Sequence record: NZ_CP031419.1
Source of the DNA: a plasmid
Reading direction: 5' to 3' (one strand)
Length of the DNA: 64,000 nucleotides
Of the stretch, positions 58,332-64,000 are shown in pieces; the first letter of the stretch is position 1, and every line of letters starts with the position of its first letter. The notes beneath the pieces were generated by a model. That model had not been told where the DNA came from and searched no databases. It worked only from the letters and a program-made list of their open reading frames with translations. The position numbers and the translations under genes were made by a program.

Positions 58332-58715
58332 TCAGCCGTTGACCCACTCGATCGGCACTTCCACGCCCCAGAAGCGGCGGTGGAGCAGCCGCCGGGCGTT
58401 CTCGGCGTCGGTCAGCCGTCCGTCGCGGCGGCGGAAGTGGACGATCGGGCAGCCCTCGATCGAGGGCCAGAAGGTGCCGTCGGCGTGCCGGATTCCGGAC
58501 TGGATCAGGGCGTACGCCTCGCGGCCGGAGCCACCCGAGTTGCACGCGGTCACCCGGACGACGGGCACCCCGGCGGCGATCCGCGCGTCGCGCTCGGCGA
58601 CGGCCTCGGCGGTGTCGAAGTACTCGGGGTCGTGATTAGAGGCGTAGAGAGCGGCGCGGATCTGCTCGGCGGTGCACTGCACGTTCAGCTGTCCGGCCGC
58701 GGCGGTGGAGGGCAT
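58332..58715 (-). CDS. hypothetical protein
   Basis: Start MPSTAAAG. A diverged leader copy (GCGAGTGGGGGAGCGACGGGCGGAAGTGTCCGGTTTCCGCC) lies upstream at ~58735-58790. Confidence 0.35.
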   Translation of the reverse strand: MPSTAAAGQLNVQCTAEQIRAALYASNHDPEYFDTAEAVAERDARIAAGVPVVRVTACNSGGSGREAYALIQSGIRHADGTFWPSIEGCPIVHFRRRDGRLTDAENARRLLHRRFWGVEVPIEWVNG

Positions 58716-58801
58716 GAGGTGCTCCTTCGGCGATGGCGAGTGGGGGAGCGACGGGCGGAAGTGTCCGGTTTCCGCCCCGTCGCTTCGGGTGACGGAAAGG
58801 G

Positions 58802-59212
58802 TCAGAAGGGTGCTTCGTCGTCGCCCCACGGGGCGCTTGAGTCACCGCGCCCGTCGGCGGGCTCGTCGTCCTCGTCGTCGGGGTTCCAGTCGTCGGGGAC
58901 GCCGTCGGCCCACACCACTGCCTTGGCGTTGTGGTCCCAGGTGACGTTGGCGAGGGCCTGCACGTTCTCCAGCGAGGCGTCGTCTTCGACGCGAACGCCC
59001 GCCGGGATGTGCCACAGGTCGCCCCGGAAGTCCCAGGCCGACCCGCTGCGCTGGGCCGAGGAGCTGACTTCCTCGGCCGCCCAGGCGCGGGCGTCGGCCT
59101 CGGTGACGAATTCCTTCTCGTCGAGGGAGCGTCGCTCGGACGCGGGCGGGACGTCGGAGAAGACGACGTAGAAGCGATCGTGGTCCGCGACCACTGCTGC
59201 CAGAGGACTCAT
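58802..59212 (-). CDS. small acidic protein (DNA-mimic/anti-restriction candidate)
   Basis: 136 aa with a strongly D/E-rich C-terminus (PDDWNPDDEDDEPADGRGDSSAPWGDDEAPF). Preceded by leader copy 4. Confidence 0.4.
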   Translation of the reverse strand: MSPLAAVVADHDRFYVVFSDVPPASERRSLDEKEFVTEADARAWAAEEVSSSAQRSGSAWDFRGDLWHIPAGVRVEDDASLENVQALANVTWDHNAKAVVWADGVPDDWNPDDEDDEPADGRGDSSAPWGDDEAPF

Positions 59213-59231
59213 GGGAATGCCCTTTCGTAGG

Positions 59232-59298
59232 GTGCGAGTGGGGTCGAAGAAGGCGGGGTGTCCGGTCCCGCTTCCTTCTATGTCATATATTACCCGAT
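59232..59298 (-). promoter_or_regulatory. conserved hairpin leader/promoter element, copy 4
   Basis: GCGAGTGGGGTCGAAGAAGGCGGGGTGTCCGGTCCCGCTTCCTTCTATGTCATATATTACCCGATA. Confidence 0.6.
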
Positions 59299-59372
59299 AT
59301 ATCGGCGAAGGCCAAGCACTTTCCGATGGGTGAGTCGGATTGGTTCCCGCCCGATCGGTCTCGGGCGGGAAG

Positions 59373-59837
59373 TCAGTCGGTGCTGTAGGAGTGCCGGTGC
59401 CGGGCCGGGGCGCATTGCCGACGGCGCAGCACGGCGAGCCGTCGCGTGTCCTGCGATCGGGCGGGGCTCGATGGGCGCGCCGCCGGGCATCCCTCCGGTT
59501 CGCCGAGCGGTGCGGTGGCAGACAGAACAGCGAGGGCCGCCTCCCAGCGATCGGCCCGGTCCGCCGCCCGCAGCTGCACCGCCAGAACGGTCAGGCTCGC
59601 CGCGCCGACACCGACGGCGACCACGGCGAGCGGCGCGGACAACGGCATGGTCGCCACCGCCCACAGGAACGACAGCGCCGCGAGGCAGCCGTGCGCCGCC
59701 GACAGCGTGGTCGCGCCGGGTCGCTCGCCGGTGGCGGGGAACCGTTGCGCGTCTCGGCGGTAGGAGAGCGCGAGCGCGGCGAACACGACACCCGGCCCGC
59801 CGAGGAGCAGGGCCGGGACGGCGTACGAGGCGGACAC
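59373..59837 (-). CDS. hydrophobic membrane protein
   Basis: 154 aa with several TM-like stretches. High-GC composition makes this call tentative. Confidence 0.3.
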   Translation of the reverse strand: MSASYAVPALLLGGPGVVFAALALSYRRDAQRFPATGERPGATTLSAAHGCLAALSFLWAVATMPLSAPLAVVAVGVGAASLTVLAVQLRAADRADRWEAALAVLSATAPLGEPEGCPAARPSSPARSQDTRRLAVLRRRQCAPARHRHSYSTD

Positions 59838-59842
59838 AGCCG

Positions 59843-60379
59843 TCAGCTCCGCACCCGTGCGGCGGCTGGCGCGCCCGCGTCGGCGGCAGCGACCCGAACC
59901 GGATCGGCAGCGGCGGACGGACCGCCGGAACCGGCTGGAGCCGGATCGGGTTGTGGGACGGCGGCGGACGGGGTGACCGGCGTGCCCGGGGAGGTCGACT
60001 CAAGTTCGGAGTCCTCCGCCGGCGGCGGAGTCAGCGGCGCTTCGGCCGCAGCGGTCGACGCACGTGAGGGGCGAGGCCGAGGCTTGGCCTTCGCCCGCTT
60101 CGCCACAGCACGGATAGCGTCGGTGGGCTTGAGTCCGATCCGTTCCAGCGCGGCCGCCTCGGCTCCGGCATTGGTGGCCGCCTCGTAGGCAGCCACCACG
60201 GCATCCTCGGCAGCTTCCTCATCGGCGATCAACCGCGCTGTCTCGGCCCGGCGCGTCTCGGACGCCTGCTGCCATTCCCCGACCTTCACCGCGAGTTCGC
60301 CGATGCGCGTCTCCATATCGTCGTCGATGACCGCCCGCCGGTACGCGGACAGAGCATCGGTCGCCATCTTCTTCGCCAT
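59843..60379 (-). CDS. hypothetical protein, first gene transcribed away from oriT
   Basis: 178 aa with a coiled-coil N-terminus and a Pro/Ala-rich tail. Confidence 0.4.
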   Translation of the reverse strand: MAKKMATDALSAYRRAVIDDDMETRIGELAVKVGEWQQASETRRAETARLIADEEAAEDAVVAAYEAATNAGAEAAALERIGLKPTDAIRAVAKRAKAKPRPRPSRASTAAAEAPLTPPPAEDSELESTSPGTPVTPSAAVPQPDPAPAGSGGPSAAADPVRVAAADAGAPAAARVRS

Positions 60380-60689
60380 GGGAAACCTCTCGTCGCTCAG
60401 CGCTCACTAATGGAGCGATCGAACCTAGTGTATCTAATGTATCTACAGAACGGAGGTGGTCAACCATGCGAACGGGAGTCGGGTGAGTGCGCGCCTTGCT
60501 CGCCGGGTGTCCCGTTCGTTCAGTCTGCGCACCGGGGCGGGCTGGGGTCGGGCGCCCGCAGCCTCGATCCAGCCCCCCTCGTTCACGGCACCGGCCTCGT
60601 CGCGTATCGCGCCCGCCCAGCGAACGAAAGCGTTTTCCACGTGGAGCTCACCGTGAGCCGCAGCGTGGCTGACCAGCCTTTTCCGGTGA

Positions 60690-60784
60690 GCAAGATATCC
60701 CAAAACCCCGGGGTTTTGGGTTGCGCCCGGGGACGGGCGCGAGACACACTCGAAGTGATTCGAGTGTGTCTAAAGCCTCCAGAG
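60690..60784. promoter_or_regulatory. oriT candidate: three consecutive perfect inverted repeats
   Basis: CCCAAAACCCCGGGGTTTTGGG (~60690-60711). GACACACTCGAAGTGATTCGAGTGTGTC (~60733-60760). CCTCCAGAGGATCTGGAGG (~60766-60784). About 115 bp upstream of mobC. Confidence 0.45.
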
Positions 60785-60898
60785 GATCTGGAGGCGCCGA
60801 TGTACCCAGACCTGCGGTCCGGCCACATCGGCTGGCCCGGCAGGCGACTGCCGGCCCTGCGAGCGCACCAGTGCGCCCGGTAGGCGAAAGGACGTGAA

Positions 60899-61318
60899 GT
60901 GCCCCCGAAGAGCAGACAGGGCCATCGGCCTCACTCCGTCGAGAAGCGGACGCGCCGCCATGAGGCGCTGTTCGCACCCGCGGAGTGGGCACTAGTGGCC
61001 GCCGCGGCGGCCACTGTCGGGCTGAAGCCTGGCGCCTTCATCGCCAAGGCAGCCGTTGGTGCCGCGCGTGCGTTCGCCGCACAGCGCAATGGCTCAGCCG
61101 TCCGCACCAGCGGCCAGGTGGAGATCCTCATCGCCGAGGTTCGGGAGTTGCGCCGACTGCTGGGCAACGTGGCCGGGAATGTGAACGATGTCGCCAAGCA
61201 CGCGAACTCCACCGGCGAACTCGGCCAGAACGCGGACGCGGTGCTCGCCTACACCCGCAAGATCAACGGCCGCATCGACACATGGTTGGTTGAACAGCTT
61301 CGGCACGGTGCGCTGTGA
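60899..61318 (+). CDS. mobC: MobC-family mobilisation (relaxosome accessory) protein
   Basis: LLGNVAGNVNDVAKHANSTG matches the MobC motif (L...GNNLNQIAR.AN). Overlaps the relaxase start. Confidence 0.6.
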   Translation: MPPKSRQGHRPHSVEKRTRRHEALFAPAEWALVAAAAATVGLKPGAFIAKAAVGAARAFAAQRNGSAVRTSGQVEILIAEVRELRRLLGNVAGNVNDVAKHANSTGELGQNADAVLAYTRKINGRIDTWLVEQLRHGAL

Positions 61319-62946
61319 TCGGCAAGGCGATCAGGGGATGGGACGGGCAGCGGCTCGTGCGGTACCTGTTCTCGAAGGGCAAGTACAACGAGCACACCAA
61401 CCCCACCGTGATCGCAGCATGGCAATCCGACCCCGACGCCCTTCAACCGGTATGGGTCGGCCCCGACGACTGCGACTTCGCGCCCGGTGAGATCGGCAAA
61501 CTCGCCAACCAGGTAACCGCCCTGTCGGATGCGATCGGGCTGCCCACCGAACAGCCCGAGCCCGGCCAGCCGGGCTACACCAAGCACGGCTACATCTGGC
61601 ACCTGCCGGTGGCCATCGGCGCCGAAGACGGGGAACTCGGCCACGACACCTGGCGGCGCATCGCCGAGGACATGCTGCACGAGACCGGGATCGCGAAAGC
61701 GGGAGACGCCGGGGCGTGCCGGTGGATCGCGGTGCACCACGGCAAGTCCGTCGACGGCAACGACCACATTCACATCGCCGCGGTCCTCGTGCGCGCCGAC
61801 ACCGGCAAACGCTTCTACCCCGACAACGATTGGAAAGCCGTACGCCGCGTCGCCCGGCGCTGGGAACAAGCTCTCGGTCTGCGAATGACCGCCATCAACG
61901 ACCCGTCGGCCGTACCCACCCCGACGCGCGGGGAACAGGAAAAGGCGAAGCGCCGCCACGCCGCCGGCGACGACGGCATGCTGCGAGCGACACCAGGTGC
62001 CGCGGCACGGGTACAGCTGCGGCAGATGATCACCGAGACCGCCGCCGTCGCGACGAGCGCCGACGAATTCGTTGCCCGGCTCCGCGACGCGGGCATGCTC
62101 ATCGACTTCAAGTACGACGCCATCGGGCAGATCAAGGGATGGGCGGTCGCCGCTCCCGGGGACGTATCGGCGAGAACCGGCGAGCCCATCTACTTCGCGC
62201 CCAGCCGGCACTTGGGCGCAGATATGTCTTGGCCGCGGATCACCGCCCGCTGGTCGGCCTCCGTGCCCGGCCGTCCCGGCGCCGCGCGGGAAGCGGCCGC
62301 CACCGACACAGCACGCGAGCCGCATGCAGTGCTGGCCGACAGCGCTGAGCGGGTCCGGTCGGTCACCACCGCAGTGCGCGGTGGCCGCGCCGACGTGGCG
62401 ACCGTGGCCCGCGAGTTGCAGGACGTCATCAGTAGTTGGGCATCCATCGCCGACGGTGCGGCGCGCCAGGGCCCGCTCTCCCGGGCCGCCTGGGTCTACG
62501 ACCGCGCCGCCCGCACCCGGCGCGGTCTGGCCGCCGTTCCCGCCGGGCAACTCGCCGCCGAACTGCGTGAGGTCTCGCGCGGACTCGCTGCGGTCCGAAT
62601 GCTGTCCGGTCGCGGCCTGCAACGAGATCCGAGCCTGCAACTCGGGCTCGCTATCGCCGAACTGTTGCTGGAGATCGCCGCATGGCACCAGCAGAACCAG
62701 CGCATCGCTGCCGCGCGCAGTGCCCGCGAAGCCGCCGGCCTGGTGCGCGCGCACGGGGAGGCCACCGGTGCCGTCCCGGGCCAGCTCCCGCCGCGGCGCG
62801 CCCCGGCGGGCACCGGGCACACGCCCACCGTCACAGCACACCCCGGTCCGGCCGCGCGGCCGGGCGAAGGCCGCCGCGAACTGCCTGCGGTGCGCGGCGT
62901 CCGTGAACTGCCGTCCGGCCCAACAAGGAAGGAACACCGACGATGA
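61315..62946 (+). CDS. relaxase/mobilisation nuclease (HUH)
   Basis: HUH motif HHGKSVDGNDHIHIAAV. N-terminal relaxase domain. 543 aa. Confidence 0.75.
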   Translation: MIGKAIRGWDGQRLVRYLFSKGKYNEHTNPTVIAAWQSDPDALQPVWVGPDDCDFAPGEIGKLANQVTALSDAIGLPTEQPEPGQPGYTKHGYIWHLPVAIGAEDGELGHDTWRRIAEDMLHETGIAKAGDAGACRWIAVHHGKSVDGNDHIHIAAVLVRADTGKRFYPDNDWKAVRRVARRWEQALGLRMTAINDPSAVPTPTRGEQEKAKRRHAAGDDGMLRATPGAAARVQLRQMITETAAVATSADEFVARLRDAGMLIDFKYDAIGQIKGWAVAAPGDVSARTGEPIYFAPSRHLGADMSWPRITARWSASVPGRPGAAREAAATDTAREPHAVLADSAERVRSVTTAVRGGRADVATVARELQDVISSWASIADGAARQGPLSRAAWVYDRAARTRRGLAAVPAGQLAAELREVSRGLAAVRMLSGRGLQRDPSLQLGLAIAELLLEIAAWHQQNQRIAAARSAREAAGLVRAHGEATGAVPGQLPPRRAPAGTGHTPTVTAHPGPAARPGEGRRELPAVRGVRELPSGPTRKEHRR

Positions 62947-64000
62947 ACCAGCCGGTCATTGAAACGCCCGTGATGGGCATCCCTCGCGAGGACACCATGC
63001 GCATGGCACTGGCAGCACGCACGCTGTCGGGAGTGCTGAGGCAGCTACGGGAACGGCGGGGCCGCTCCGCCTGGGACGACGCCGAGAACGCCGCCCGCAA
63101 GAACGCGGTCCTCGACCGCCACACGGTCAACCGATTCAGCCGTGCCGACGCCGAGGAATGGAACACTGCGGAAAGGGAAGGTCGCATCCGAGCCGAACGG
63201 CACCCGGATACCGGCATGACAATTCGTGTGGCCCCACTCTCGCGCGGCCGATTCGGGGTGCAAGCCGGATGGGAGGACAACCACGCCGAGGCAGTGTTCG
63301 GCTCCGAGGATCTTGCCGCCCGGGTGGCCGACTGGCTGCGAGCCGACGGCTCAGCCGATGCTGTCGACGATCTACGCCGCAATGTCGAGGACATGCACGC
63401 CACGTCCCGGCCACGGCAGCAACGGACTCTCCGAGACATCGAGCTCGCCGAGGCCCGCAAATGGGCACAAGAGAACGATGCCGACTGGTACCGCTGGTGG
63501 GAGTTGAGCTACACCAACGCCGACACCATCGATGGACGCCGCCTCGACGAGGCCGAGATCATCAACAAGTGGGTCGACGCCACCGGCGGCACCACCCGCA
63601 GCGCCGTCGGCGTGGCCCGGCGCTGGCTGGCCGAACACGATCCGGAGTGGACCAAGAACTGGGTGGCCGAATACGACAACTGCGACACACGCGACGGACG
63701 CCGCAGCCTCGAAGCTGAGATCGTTCGCCGATGGCGCGCCCAGTCTCGCGCTGGGCGTGGACGTGGCGGAGCCGGCCAGGACCAGGGCGCTGACGCAGGT
63801 GCCGCGGAACAGGGCAGCGGTCCGCAGGACCAGCGCACTCCGACCCCACTCGCAGACCGACTGCGGGGGCGAGTGCCTGATCGTGTTCTCGATGATCCGC
63901 GTTGGCATGTCGCCGAGGACCAGTTTGCTGTGCTCACCTCGCAGGGCGCCGACCCGGACACCCTCATCGAATCCGTTGCCGCGATCGACTTCAACAACGG
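62943..64000 (+). CDS. partial hypothetical protein with internal tandem repeat (runs off right edge)
   Basis: ATG at ~62943 overlaps the relaxase stop (ATGA). Manual translation gives MNQPVIETPVMGIPRED... and stays open to position 64000. It is absent from the ORF track because no stop lies in the window. Repeat units W..EY.N.DT.DGRR..EAEI...W occur twice. Confidence 0.45.
   Translation, partial: MNQPVIETPVMGIPREDTMRMALAARTLSGVLRQLRERRGRSAWDDAENAARKNAVLDRHTVNRFSRADAEEWNTAEREGRIRAERHPDTGMTIRVAPLSRGRFGVQAGWEDNHAEAVFGSEDLAARVADWLRADGSADAVDDLRRNVEDMHATSRPRQQRTLRDIELAEARKWAQENDADWYRWWELSYTNADTIDGRRLDEAEIINKWVDATGGTTRSAVGVARRWLAEHDPEWTKNWVAEYDNCDTRDGRRSLEAEIVRRWRAQSRAGRGRGGAGQDQGADAGAAEQGSGPQDQRTPTPLADRLRGRVPDRVLDDPRWHVAEDQFAVLTSQGADPDTLIESVAAIDFNN

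Noticed and set aside
47661-59258. Plus-strand ORFs beginning MSGPA.FYVIYYP (47661.., 54542.., 59258..)
   Set aside because: Created by the repeated leader element (ATGTCATATATTACCCG). They are not real genes.
45000-60400. Prophage interpretation of the leader-repeat block
   Set aside because: Despite the SAS-like repeated leaders, there is no terminase, portal, capsid, tail or lysis gene signature. Leading-region cargo of a conjugative element fits better.
62831-63460. 209-aa minus-strand ORF
   Set aside because: Antisense to the open partial gene downstream of the relaxase. Ser/Arg-rich.

Overview
This is a high-GC (about 70%) actinobacterial window, probably Mycobacteriales or Streptomyces-like, and almost all of it is mobile-genetic-element DNA. 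I found no rRNA, tRNA or CRISPR array. Layout from left to right:

- **1-5.3 kb, chromosomal-looking operon.** A tightly coupled minus-strand operon (ATGA/GTGA stop-start overlaps) containing an IU-type nucleoside hydrolase, followed by an XRE(DUF5753)+DUF397 regulator pair.
- **5.8-9.8 kb, MoxR/VWA triad.** A MoxR AAA+ ATPase, a VWA protein and a 340-aa partner, with paired palindromic operators in the promoter.
- **10-25.8 kb, conjugation locus.** A type-IV-secretion-like locus: DUF4913 protein, VirD4/TcpA-type coupling protein, VirB4-like ATPase with an SCO6880-type partner, VirB6/TrbL-like membrane protein, two pilin-like paralogs, a lipoprotein, an SLT+NlpC/P60 cell-wall hydrolase, a cutinase-like esterase and a Pro/Gly-rich secreted protein.
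- **26-34 kb, cargo.** XRE/ImmA-like regulators, a MAB_1171c-like membrane protein, a cytochrome P450, a GT2-HTH fusion ORF and a SAM methyltransferase.
- **34.4-39.8 kb, maintenance module.** A small putative RHH-like protein (34400-34660), a PrimPol/Rep-like gene, an RHH protein and parA-parB, flanked on both sides by arrays of two repeat types (GAAACTTCCCACAC and the palindrome GTAAACCGCGGTTTAC).
- **39.8-45 kb, recombination module.** Two tandem tyrosine-recombinase paralogs (the upstream one truncated/degenerate), a frameshifted gene, and a 19-bp-arm perfect palindrome.
- **45-60.4 kb, candidate leading region.** A block transcribed almost entirely on the minus strand, away from a triple-hairpin oriT candidate at about 60.7 kb that sits just upstream of mobC and a HUH relaxase (60.9-62.9 kb). 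This block carries an orphan C5 DNA methyltransferase, a MazEF-like toxin-antitoxin pair, a PP-loop-like protein, a possible TGT-fold protein and an acidic small protein.

The most striking feature is in that last block. At least five genes are preceded by a near-identical 65-80 bp hairpin-containing promoter/5'-leader element. Two further short motifs (TTTAGATACAYT and CAAAACG-NN-CGTTTTG) recur in intergenic regions across the element.

Printed sequence coordinates and ORF-track coordinates occasionally disagree by 1-2 nt, so positions for motifs I read by eye are approximate (about +/-3 nt).
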